In this document: in pieces, positions 9,801 to 17,672 of the stretch
Layout of the letters: each line of letters starts with the position of its first letter
Numbering within the stretch: the first letter of the stretch is position 1
Assembly (NCBI GenBank): GCA_964493715.1
Contig: CAZBPC010000067.1
Location: 1-19,059, forward strand
From: an uncultured archaeon
GTDB lineage: Archaea > Asgardarchaeota > Lokiarchaeia > Sigyniarchaeales > SOKP01
Length of the DNA stretch: 19,059 nt
Direction: 5' to 3'
The notes under the pieces: generated by a model
The model's input: the letters and a program-made list of their open reading frames with translations, nothing else
Told to the model about the DNA's origin: nothing
Databases searched by the model: none
Made by a program: the position numbers and the translations under genes

Positions 9801-10584
9801 GGTTAAATGAGCGTTTTGCTGAAGTTATTTCATTTTGAGCATGTAATCTCTTGAAATTGATTGCTTTCTCTTTATCTATGTCCTTTAATATTTCTGCGGC
9901 ATCTAAATATTGATTTGCTTTGGCAAAAAAAAATGCCGCTTGTTCACTGATAATAAATTTTTCTGAATTATTGACAATGTCCGCTATCATTGCTGCTTTT
10001 CTTATTGCATGTGCAGCAAGGATAAATTGGTCATTCTTGAAAAAAATATTTGCTAGTTGGATGAATATGGGATATCTCATCCACGCATTCTCGATATTTA
10101 GAGGAGTGTCTCCTGAGATCATGGCTAAACATAGACACTCAAGAGGTTGATGAAAATCTCTTGCAGAAAGGTTAGCAAATGCTTCTAATTCATAATGATC
10201 AATCCATAATCTTTCTAACAAATCATTAACAGCGAGTGGAATTATTCCTTCAGGGTCTTCATAAATGATAACAGTGGGAATATTGCGATTTACAGAGTAT
10301 ATTATTGGTATCACGGTTTCAAAAAAATCCGTTTCTTCCTCATTCATCGGATTAATGAAATATATAATACCATCAACCTTGGGTATTAATTCATCGTAAT
10401 CCACTCCAATGAGATCATTTATCACATCTACTTCTAAATCACAAATATTTTCAAACACGGTGATTTCTTTATACCACTCCAAAAATGACTCTTTTTCTTC
10501 ACCATCTTCCCCAAAAGCGTTTGTGATATATATGGGAATCATGTCGGGATTTCCCAACACCAAGACTTTAAAAATAAAATGCAT
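6877..10584 (-). CDS. Large alpha-solenoid (TPR/SNAP-like) protein with an N-terminal degenerate small-GTPase-like domain
   Basis: 1235-aa open frame. TPR-like helices (QYLDAAEIL, EYDQAAKKYEATA, NYYAARDQL, QFSNSANKL). N-terminal strand pattern of the Ras fold. Three C-terminal repeats. Confidence 0.7.
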   Translation of the reverse strand: MHFIFKVLVLGNPDMIPIYITNAFGEDGEEKESFLEWYKEITVFENICDLEVDVINDLIGVDYDELIPKVDGIIYFINPMNEEETDFFETVIPIIYSVNRNIPTVIIYEDPEGIIPLAVNDLLERLWIDHYELEAFANLSARDFHQPLECLCLAMISGDTPLNIENAWMRYPIFIQLANIFFKNDQFILAAHAIRKAAMIADIVNNSEKFIISEQAAFFFAKANQYLDAAEILKDIDKEKAINFKRLHAQNEITSAKRSFNQREYDQAAKKYEATAQWVANELKDEELKNEAFKLAIYSWISACKVENAFKILYNLDHKVAIQILNEIDGKIESMVDFLVRNKNYYAARDQLYKTIAIYQREDLFEILKKITKKLEFVIISMLKIQNKEKDKYAGKQSYDEIENLWESYDVEKTDIDNEMVDLISLFLDDGDFGTSMLLTNKLNSRSLKKKMTELSSKVEDQNKELKKKESVELIQKGLDMVYEFVIEEKKIIIKLNEKILINAEKYVQMGQFSNSANKLYEQAMFYRQIGKDEARDDILMRALDILLEGKEFQQFFDFFEMISKSAKNEYLIKNEPSIKNKLDEKSSEANYNQDETNFENFLALYRDQMLYEQAKEISRLFIKIIKKEALRIVTTQEDHKGIQKALLLVKKAKIISSAYLEEEKINFDEIYEKNVHFYIQSKDFSSAHALNDLIFNKMLKSELNKEIEIAESSVRAVDLKKIVEEDKIKELKEQAFIIQKMARDASHGKKSELTQRIGRKRIYTNTLDNLSKKEWNSSIQSYMLTIDRLINYKEYNFAGISLVLAIILLLYQDKIQESQKLLENTKKKLAGFDNIEPFSIALAEYLVDVKIYQDQESFEKSIQIINNLPLFDEEIQALKFLYSNLDFEKMTENVEEIKEIIRLYTTTIKKESKDEANRRLIKNQYWRLALEDLTNKKYNNASIIYFDAIPKLAEKKYIKEAALSLIIGTFINLKIKDPLLAKSKFQDNLKKLMKYDKNVQELPEIKLIPFIFQVFDKKSSELTQFTLNLLIDKLILFEPERNLLESILPEEIIDQTKNESLSRSRSEIGDQNILVITFNQDYAILQQKVSDIRNDKPSQLNKRKAMKRIYYNPILSYLKEGYLKAAGQKYFELSDAFTNKSDFGTASLMILLHGLALMKAKESLINIQKNLDDFLKLLGLNRKLVEDTFHIRCLQFIIKVKSNNMEKKYFPKIKEMLEYLPLLEEEKILIEFDN
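6892..8331 (-). repeat. Three ~130-aa protein-level repeats (about 8331-7948, 7842-7450, 7290-6892)
   Basis: Starts QRIGRKRIY / RRLIKNQYW / KRKAMKRIYY, middles FAGISLVL / EAALSLII / TASLMILL, ends LPLFDEEIQAL / LILFEPERNLL / LPLLEEEKILI. Confidence 0.75.
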
Positions 10585-10783
10585 GTATGGCTCTTTCCAT
10601 TAATTTAATTAATTTGAAATATTTCACAAGTTTTATTCTAATTACCTTATCAAATTTTGAACACTATGATTATTATTAAACATTTTAAATTTTAAGTTTA
10701 AGCATATCTAATATTAAACTAATTGTAAAATCTTGTCTTTCAAGAATAATTTATCATTAAATAATAAAAAACGAGAGAAAAAA

Positions 10784-11437
10784 TTGGATCATATCGAGAG
10801 AAATTATAAAATCATACGAGAAAAGATGATCGAGCAAATGGAAGATTCGATAAGACTCGGTCGGACATTAATTGACACTGAATTAGATGCAGGGATTCTT
10901 AATTTCGTGGTGAGACCTCTTATTAAAAACTTTTATGATTATTGGGCAAAACATGATGCTCGTTCTGGAACGCTTAAGCAGATCCAAATTACATTAGAAT
11001 CAGCTAAAAAAATCATTAGAGCTGGTGTAACTGAAGATTCCATTAATTTAATCTTGGAAGAGACATTTCCTATATATTTACAAGGTGATCAGACATTTCG
11101 TCAAAGTAATAAGCGCCATAAAAATTACAAAAGATTAAAAGAAATTGCAAAGAAAACATATTTGAGCTATTTAAAACAAGTCATCTTGTTATTAAATGTA
11201 AAAGATAACGTGCAAGATTATGCAGATTTATGCTTGCACGCATTCAACTCTAAAGAAGAAACCGTAAAAATTTTATCCACACAATTAGAATATACCGATG
11301 AGAGTATAAGAATTGTTGAAGAAGATTTGACAATATTGAATGTTACTATAGGTCGAAAGATTATCATCAAAGCGTTGAGGAAAGGTTTTGAATTAAAGAA
11401 AAAAGAGTTTTTTTATGGAATCGATACCGTTTATTGA
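10784..11437 (+). CDS. Hypothetical helical protein, paralogue A
   Basis: Colinear with the next ORF. In-frame TTG at 10784 (MDHIERNY) aligns with MEHVERNY, so it is preferred over the start at 10733. Confidence 0.8.
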   Translation: MDHIERNYKIIREKMIEQMEDSIRLGRTLIDTELDAGILNFVVRPLIKNFYDYWAKHDARSGTLKQIQITLESAKKIIRAGVTEDSINLILEETFPIYLQGDQTFRQSNKRHKNYKRLKEIAKKTYLSYLKQVILLLNVKDNVQDYADLCLHAFNSKEETVKILSTQLEYTDESIRIVEEDLTILNVTIGRKIIIKALRKGFELKKKEFFYGIDTVY

Positions 11438-11545
11438 TATTAACACGAATTAATAAACGATAACCAAACTATTAATTTTATTGATAATTCTAATTATAAT
11501 TATAGATAATTCTATTTTTAATAATCATTTAATTGGTATTTAGTA

Positions 11546-12205
11546 ATGGAACACGTAGAAAGAAATTATATTCTTGTTCGAGAAAGAATGATCCACCAAA
11601 TGAATGTATCACTTGGTTATGGAAAAGATATTCTGGATTCTGAATTAGATGCAGGAGTATTTAATTTTGTTGTGAAACCCCTAGTGACATCTTTTTATAA
11701 ATATTGGACTGATAAAGATGCTAAAGTGGGCACAGCTGAACAGATTCGATTAAGTCTAGATTCTGCAAAAAGTTTGATTCTAGATGGAGGATACTCCGAA
11801 GAAAAATTTAAAGAAATCATAAATAAAAATTTCAAAGCTTATCTCGAGAATGATCAAACTACAAGACAATGTAAAAAAAACCACAAGAATTATCAAAGAC
11901 TGGAAGATGTTTCAAAAAAATTATTTACTTCACAAGTAGAAGAATCTTTAATTATGTTAGATGTAAAAGAAGAAGTTAAGACTTATAATGAATTATCACG
12001 AGTTGCTTATAAAACTAAAGAGAAAGCTTATCAAGCTTTAAAAAGACAGTTAGATTATAACGAAAATGGAATACATATTGTTGAGGAAGATGATAGCATT
12101 CTAAAAGTTGCTATGGGTAAAAATATTATAATAAGTACACTACGCAAAGGATTTGAACTCACGAAACAAAAGTTAATAGATGAGCTTGATGAAATTTTCG
12201 ATTAG
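11546..12205 (+). CDS. Hypothetical helical protein, paralogue B
   Basis: Shares ELDAG..NFVV.PL, FY.YW, DQT.RQ, HKNY.RL, IVEED..IL and LRKGFEL with the upstream gene. Confidence 0.85.
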   Translation: MEHVERNYILVRERMIHQMNVSLGYGKDILDSELDAGVFNFVVKPLVTSFYKYWTDKDAKVGTAEQIRLSLDSAKSLILDGGYSEEKFKEIINKNFKAYLENDQTTRQCKKNHKNYQRLEDVSKKLFTSQVEESLIMLDVKEEVKTYNELSRVAYKTKEKAYQALKRQLDYNENGIHIVEEDDSILKVAMGKNIIISTLRKGFELTKQKLIDELDEIFD

Positions 12206-12251
12206 CTTTATTTGATTTGTATTATACAGCATTTTTGTTTAGTGATATTAT

Positions 12252-13289
12252 ATGACAGATAAAAAGATTTTGAGGCCTATTTTTTTGAATCTTTTTACTG
12301 TTGTTTTTATAATCATGAGCTATTTCTATGTCTCTGAGGGTTTTGGATCAATTTCCTCCAATTATATTAATAATAGCGGATATGCGATACAATTTAGCAT
12401 TTCTTTATTATTATTTACTTTTTTAGCAGTTTTAGCTGGACCTATTATTGGATTTGTTTCGGGATTCATGGGAGAGATGCTTTATCAATTGGCATTCTAT
12501 AAGGTCATCTATTTTGATTGGTGCTTTTTGATAGCGTTACTTGGACTATTTTGCGGAATTTACAAGTATAAACCTCTAAAATATCATGAAGGGATGAAAG
12601 TTTATTATACTTTTTTGATTTTAGTAATAACCTCTCTTATTGTGATGATTTTAACTGTTCTCATTCAATTCTTATTCTATCCATCATCGGATATTGAAGA
12701 GATATTCATTAATTACGGATTCATGTTCTTTACTCAAGCCTTAATATCCATGATTCTACCAATTCCGCTTTTGCTAATCGCGTACGATAAGTTATTTTCA
12801 AGTCGGGAACGCTATGTATATAATCTATTTCTTACTCATCACCCGATTTCTGCGAGTGATCATACCTTTTTTTTCCAATTTGGACGTACGAAATTCTACT
12901 TTTGTTCAAGATGTTCTGGAGTCATAATTGGCGCATTAATCTCAATATTTAGCATTCATGTAATTGAATTAATATCAGGAGCAAGTCTCAGCCCTGAAAT
13001 TGCTGTTTTATTGTGTATATTACTTCCAATCATTGGAATGATTGATTGGGGAACTCAAAAATTAAAATATAGAAAAAGCACAACTGAATCACGGTTGATA
13101 ACTGGTTTTTTAATTGGAGTAGCTTTAAATCTACTAAATTTCACTCGAGAATATTATTTCTTCATGCTTATAATAATTACGATCTATTTTGGAATCTTAT
13201 TTCTGTTAATGTACTTTGGATATAAAAGAGAGATGAAAAAATTAACTGGGGAAATGGATCGGTTATCTGATAATGAAGACATTATTTAA
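12252..13289 (+). CDS. Membrane protein: ECF S-component-like domain + DUF2085-like domain
   Basis: N-half FLAVLAGPIIGFVSGFMGEMLY resembles ECF S-components. C-half CSRCSGVIIG...LP..IDWGTQ...RKSTTESRLITGFLIG resembles DUF2085. Confidence 0.7.
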   Translation: MTDKKILRPIFLNLFTVVFIIMSYFYVSEGFGSISSNYINNSGYAIQFSISLLLFTFLAVLAGPIIGFVSGFMGEMLYQLAFYKVIYFDWCFLIALLGLFCGIYKYKPLKYHEGMKVYYTFLILVITSLIVMILTVLIQFLFYPSSDIEEIFINYGFMFFTQALISMILPIPLLLIAYDKLFSSRERYVYNLFLTHHPISASDHTFFFQFGRTKFYFCSRCSGVIIGALISIFSIHVIELISGASLSPEIAVLLCILLPIIGMIDWGTQKLKYRKSTTESRLITGFLIGVALNLLNFTREYYFFMLIIITIYFGILFLLMYFGYKREMKKLTGEMDRLSDNEDII

Positions 13290-13312
13290 TAAAATCGATA
13301 TGAGATAATACT

Positions 13313-13825
13313 ATGAGGAATATTATCTTTATTCATGGATTAGAATCGACTGGAAAGGGATTTAAAGGACAATTTCTTAAAAATCTTTTTCCAGAAATTC
13401 TTACTCCAGATTTTGAACCTTATCTTTCCAATTCTATTTCAATCAAAGTATTATTGGAAAAAAGAATGCTCCAATTAAATACAGTTTTAAAAGATAAAAA
13501 AAATTGGATCATTATCGGATCTAGTTTTGGAGGTTTAATGGGCGCATTATATACTCTCAAACACCCTGAAAAAGTTAAAATGTTAATTCTTTTAGCCCCT
13601 TTTTTCGGGGCTAATTTGATAAACCCTTCAAAATTCGAACCAATTAACGTGCCAGTAGTTGTATTTCATGGAAAGAATGATTTAACAGCATCAATAAAGA
13701 AATCAAAATCGATATCAAATATGCTATTTTCAAACTTAGAATATCATATAGTCGATGATGATCATTTTCTCCATGTAACTGTTGAAAAAATCAACTGGAT
13801 TCAGCGAATTGGAAAATTTGAGTAA
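13313..13825 (+). CDS. Small alpha/beta hydrolase (YqiA-like esterase)
   Basis: FIHGLES oxyanion loop, GSSFGG nucleophile elbow, HGKND acid, DDHFL His. Confidence 0.88.
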   Translation: MRNIIFIHGLESTGKGFKGQFLKNLFPEILTPDFEPYLSNSISIKVLLEKRMLQLNTVLKDKKNWIIIGSSFGGLMGALYTLKHPEKVKMLILLAPFFGANLINPSKFEPINVPVVVFHGKNDLTASIKKSKSISNMLFSNLEYHIVDDDHFLHVTVEKINWIQRIGKFE

Positions 13826-14018
13826 GTTGTTCAAGGAAATAAAAATTGGACTCCATTTATGTTTAATAAAATATGATACATCTATACTCTAGAATAAATA
13901 TTTAAATAGAATTTTAAGAATTTCATCATAACCAATTTGTTATTTATTTGTAAATCTCATTGAACTAGCAAAAATAAAAAAAATAAAATAAAATCATAAA
14001 TATTACAATGTGAGATAT

Positions 14019-15656
14019 ATGGTAAAAACGCTGTATGTTTGCCGTGAGTGTGGGTTCGTTTTTCCCTCTGAATTAAAACAACTTATAGAAGATAGGGTCC
14101 AAGTTTTCTGTGAAATGTGTGGCATGCCATTTACTTTAGAAGGTGTAGAATTCAAGCAACCACCAGTGAGACGGCAGATACCAACTGTTAAATCTTACTC
14201 TAGAGAGGCAATAAGAGAGAGATCTAGACAGAAACTTAGTAAAACAATTAAAAAGATTGATTCTTTTTCTTACATTCCAATTCTAATCTTATCATGCGTC
14301 TTATTAACAACTAGTTGGATTTTTGCAGATCCCGCTAATTGGATTAATGGGATAATTTATACAACGCTAACTTCAGTTGCTGGTTTATTTATAGCTTATT
14401 ATGATATAAAACAAATTACTCCCAAAATCAAAGAAGAAAAATATGATGATTTATTACTGGATTCATTTTGTTATGGTATTTTAGGGTGTATTATTTATGG
14501 ATCTGGTGTTATAATTTTAGTTAAAGGTATATTGATATTCATTTATGTTATAAGATATAATAACGATAAGGAACACAACCTATACAAATTTGGTTTAAAA
14601 CTTAAGAATTCACTCAATTCTTTTTCTGCTAGTGCTGGATTCATTATTTTATTACTGGTAATAGCTAATTTATTTATTTTAAGAATAAATGGGAACGTAG
14701 TATCAATTTTAGATGGTATAAAATTTCTTATTGCTCTGATTGGGCCAATGAATGATATATTAAATATTATCATTATTTTCGCAATCATTGTTGGGTTCTT
14801 ATTAATTCCTATAATAATTTTATTCATTGATCATAGAAAAAGAGAAGAAATCCAGCAAAAAAGTGAATTCACTACATCAGATGCGTTTAAAGTATTTATT
14901 TTAGGATTATTTGGTATTGTAATTTATTCAATAGGAATATTCATACTCCTTAAAGGAATTTTATTATTTTTATTGGTTGCAGGAAAACCTTTCAATTGGG
15001 GAAAGGAGCTTCCTGTAGTTGTAATTGAAGAAAAAAAAGATACAGTCATCAAAAGAGATCTTTTAGAAAATGAAGAACTACCAGAAGAAAAGGAGAAATC
15101 ACAACTAACTCTAACTAAAACAGAAATACCACAAGAAGAATTCAGCAGAATTGAAAGAAAACAAGAAGTAATTGAAATTAAAGAGGAAACTACTACCGAT
15201 CCATCAAAAGTTACACCTCCAACACCAGCAACAATTATTTTAAAAGATGAGAAGAAGAAAAGAGAATTAAAACAAGAAGATGATCAATTAAGGCTTCATG
15301 AATCGCTACTGCCAGTAAAGGATGATAAGGATAAATTAATGGTAAGACAATATTTCACAAAAATTTTTACGGTATTGTCCGAAGATACCAGGAGAAAATT
15401 ATTGGAGTTAGATATCCCTCAGGAAGATAAAATGGCTTTATTAAAGGAGTTGGCATATTTAGCAAAGGAAGAACAATTAAAATATATTGAATCCATTAAA
15501 CAGTTGTATAAAGAGATACCTTTAAAACTAATTAAAAGGATAAAGAACTTGCCTAATGTAAAACCAGAACATTATGATAAAATCATAGAACAACTGAGTT
15601 TTATGGATGTCGATGAAAGATCTGAATTTATAACCTTTTTGGAACAAAATGCGTAA
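14019..15656 (+). CDS. Zn-ribbon-containing multi-pass membrane protein with a charged C-terminal tail
   Basis: CRECG...CEMCG at the N-terminus, two hydrophobic blocks, then an acidic/Pro-Thr linker and a helical C-terminus. ATG 14019 preferred over GTG 14010. Confidence 0.75.
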   Translation: MVKTLYVCRECGFVFPSELKQLIEDRVQVFCEMCGMPFTLEGVEFKQPPVRRQIPTVKSYSREAIRERSRQKLSKTIKKIDSFSYIPILILSCVLLTTSWIFADPANWINGIIYTTLTSVAGLFIAYYDIKQITPKIKEEKYDDLLLDSFCYGILGCIIYGSGVIILVKGILIFIYVIRYNNDKEHNLYKFGLKLKNSLNSFSASAGFIILLLVIANLFILRINGNVVSILDGIKFLIALIGPMNDILNIIIIFAIIVGFLLIPIIILFIDHRKREEIQQKSEFTTSDAFKVFILGLFGIVIYSIGIFILLKGILLFLLVAGKPFNWGKELPVVVIEEKKDTVIKRDLLENEELPEEKEKSQLTLTKTEIPQEEFSRIERKQEVIEIKEETTTDPSKVTPPTPATIILKDEKKKRELKQEDDQLRLHESLLPVKDDKDKLMVRQYFTKIFTVLSEDTRRKLLELDIPQEDKMALLKELAYLAKEEQLKYIESIKQLYKEIPLKLIKRIKNLPNVKPEHYDKIIEQLSFMDVDERSEFITFLEQNA

Positions 15657-15674
15657 TAAGAAGTGAACTTTCTA

Positions 15675-16577
15675 ATGTCGCTTGAAAAGAAAAGAGAACC
15701 CAGAGGAAATAAAAAAGAAGCAGATTTAGAAGATAGTTCATTTCGACAGTTAGATTTTACTCCATTAATTATTAAAAAAGCAGAAGAATCTTCAAAACCA
15801 ACAGAACAATTAGAAATTATCGAAGATTTAACTGAAATAGAAAAGGATGTATTGACAATTGCAGAGGATATCTTAAAATTAAAACGTTATGATGCTGATT
15901 TTGATCTTGAAGTAGATTCTGAGACAGAACTACAGAAATTCCCCATCATTGAAAAATTATATGCAAAATGCATCGCAAAGCTAGCTTATAAAAAAGGATA
16001 TAGTAAAGAAGATATCTTTCTTGCCATTCGTAGTTTAGAAGAAAAAAGTTGGATAGTGAGTGATGAACGTAGAACAAAACTGGAAATATTAACAAACGAT
16101 AAACTTGTATCAATACTAAATTTTATAAAAGATAACCCCGGAATACACGCAAGAGATGAAAAAATAGAAAAAGAATTGAATATTACACGCACGCCATTTT
16201 TAAAGCACGTAATGACCTTAGAGCGATTTAAATTAATACGATCAAAGAAATTGGGCAAATCTCTGCATTATTTTCTGGCAGAGGTTCCTGAAAATTTCGA
16301 CAAATATCGAGTTATCTTCACGAATCCTTTAATACCTAAAATTGTGGAATCAATTTTTAAAGAGGAAACAATTAGCATTTCTAAAATTGGAGAATCTCTT
16401 GATATTTATGCGGGCACCATACAGTACCATATCAAAAAACTCAAAGAATTAGATTTAGTTAAAACTGTGACAAACCAAAAAGATGATAAAATCCACTTAG
16501 TCAATATTGAACTGCTAAAGAAATACAATGAATTTTTCAAAGAACCAGATTTTTCACAGCTTTTAGAGGGGTTATAA
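15675..16577 (+). CDS. Winged helix-turn-helix transcriptional regulator (tandem wHTH, ArsR-like)
   Basis: ILNFIKDNPGIH...FLKHVMTLERFKLIRSKKLGKSLHYF and ISKIGESLDIYAGTIQYHIKKLKELDLV. Start is GTG 15663 or ATG 15675. Confidence 0.8.
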   Translation: MSLEKKREPRGNKKEADLEDSSFRQLDFTPLIIKKAEESSKPTEQLEIIEDLTEIEKDVLTIAEDILKLKRYDADFDLEVDSETELQKFPIIEKLYAKCIAKLAYKKGYSKEDIFLAIRSLEEKSWIVSDERRTKLEILTNDKLVSILNFIKDNPGIHARDEKIEKELNITRTPFLKHVMTLERFKLIRSKKLGKSLHYFLAEVPENFDKYRVIFTNPLIPKIVESIFKEETISISKIGESLDIYAGTIQYHIKKLKELDLVKTVTNQKDDKIHLVNIELLKKYNEFFKEPDFSQLLEGL

Positions 16578-16609
16578 AGATAAAAAAATATAATAAGATT
16601 GTATTTTAG

Positions 16610-17485
16610 TTAAGCAACTAAAGATTTGATATTAGGTAATGACTCAATAACTATTTTAATAGCTTCATCAATCCCTTTTTCCATGTTAGGATGGAGTTCA
16701 TTTGAATTCAGGAGATCATACTTGGGATGACCAGGAAGATCCGTTACCGCAAGCATTGACGCCGTTTTTATATTAAAAAGCGTGCCTAATAAAAATAAAG
16801 CTGATGATTCCATATCAATTCCTTTTACATTAATGGATTGTAAGGATCTTACAAATTCCGCGGTCTCGCAGAATAAAGCGTCTGTTGTCCAAAAATCTAC
16901 TTCTTTTATCCTTGGATTAATAGCCCTACCTGTCTTCATAAGAACATCCGTTAAGATTTCATTAGGTTTTGAAAAATAAACAATTTGATTACCTGTATCC
17001 ATATTTAGAATCATTTTTAAAGGATTATTTATAGATCCTAAAAGAGATTGCAGTGATGCATTTGAACGAATATATTGGGGGCTCGTACCATCATCACAAT
17101 AAGCTAATTTTGGAACTAAAACATCACCAACGGTAATTTCATCATCACTTTCTTGTATTCCCCCGCACAAATCTACTCGCAAGACAACTTTTGTTTTGCA
17201 GCGTTTTAAACATTCCATTATCATTGCGATATTTGGACAACCAATCTGAGACAAAATGATGCTCACTCGAATTCCATTTAATAATCCGTTATACACGCGA
17301 CCATGGACAACCTTATTCTGTAATTTTTTAACTAGTTTTTTCATAACTGTTTTAACGGCAGGGAGAATAACAATTTCATTTACATTTGAGGAAGAGGTTT
17401 CCAATAACATCCTCACAATTTTATCGTCTACAGAGATGAATTTTAATCCGAAATTCATAATTTGACTTTTAATATTATTTAGCAT
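16610..17485 (-). CDS. Nucleoside phosphorylase superfamily protein (DeoD/Udp fold)
   Basis: IGCPN, RVDLCGG, GDVLVP..AYCDDGTSPQY, WTTDALFCE, GIDMESSALF, LAVTD. Confidence 0.85.
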   Translation of the reverse strand: MLNNIKSQIMNFGLKFISVDDKIVRMLLETSSSNVNEIVILPAVKTVMKKLVKKLQNKVVHGRVYNGLLNGIRVSIILSQIGCPNIAMIMECLKRCKTKVVLRVDLCGGIQESDDEITVGDVLVPKLAYCDDGTSPQYIRSNASLQSLLGSINNPLKMILNMDTGNQIVYFSKPNEILTDVLMKTGRAINPRIKEVDFWTTDALFCETAEFVRSLQSINVKGIDMESSALFLLGTLFNIKTASMLAVTDLPGHPKYDLLNSNELHPNMEKGIDEAIKIVIESLPNIKSLVA

Positions 17486-17672
17486 AAATATCTAATCCAA
17501 GTTTTATTGGTTATTTAATTATAATTTATAAGTATCTTCCTAATTACTTCAAGACTTATAATTTTAAATAATAATTTTTAATTATTATTACATCTGATTT
17601 TATTCTGATAAAATACTTTTATCTATAATTATTTAATAGTTTGCTGATTCACTCTGGAGAAAATACATAGAA

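Noticed and set aside
7631-10603. Six short + strand ORFs overlapping the 1235-aa gene
   Set aside because: Antisense, Ser/Phe/Ile-rich shadows with no motifs.
10733-10783. 17-codon N-terminal extension of paralogue A
   Set aside because: A-rich and absent from paralogue B. TTG 10784 aligns with B's start.
2946-11437. Selenocysteine readthrough at TGA stops (2946-2948, 4549-4547, 11435-11437)
   Set aside because: Each falls at a natural protein end followed by intergenic DNA or another gene, and I saw no SECIS-like hairpin.
13826-14009. Intergenic gap with AAAAT-like runs as an ncRNA or repeat array
   Set aside because: Very AT-rich with no stable stem or spacer structure. Consistent with ordinary promoter/terminator DNA.
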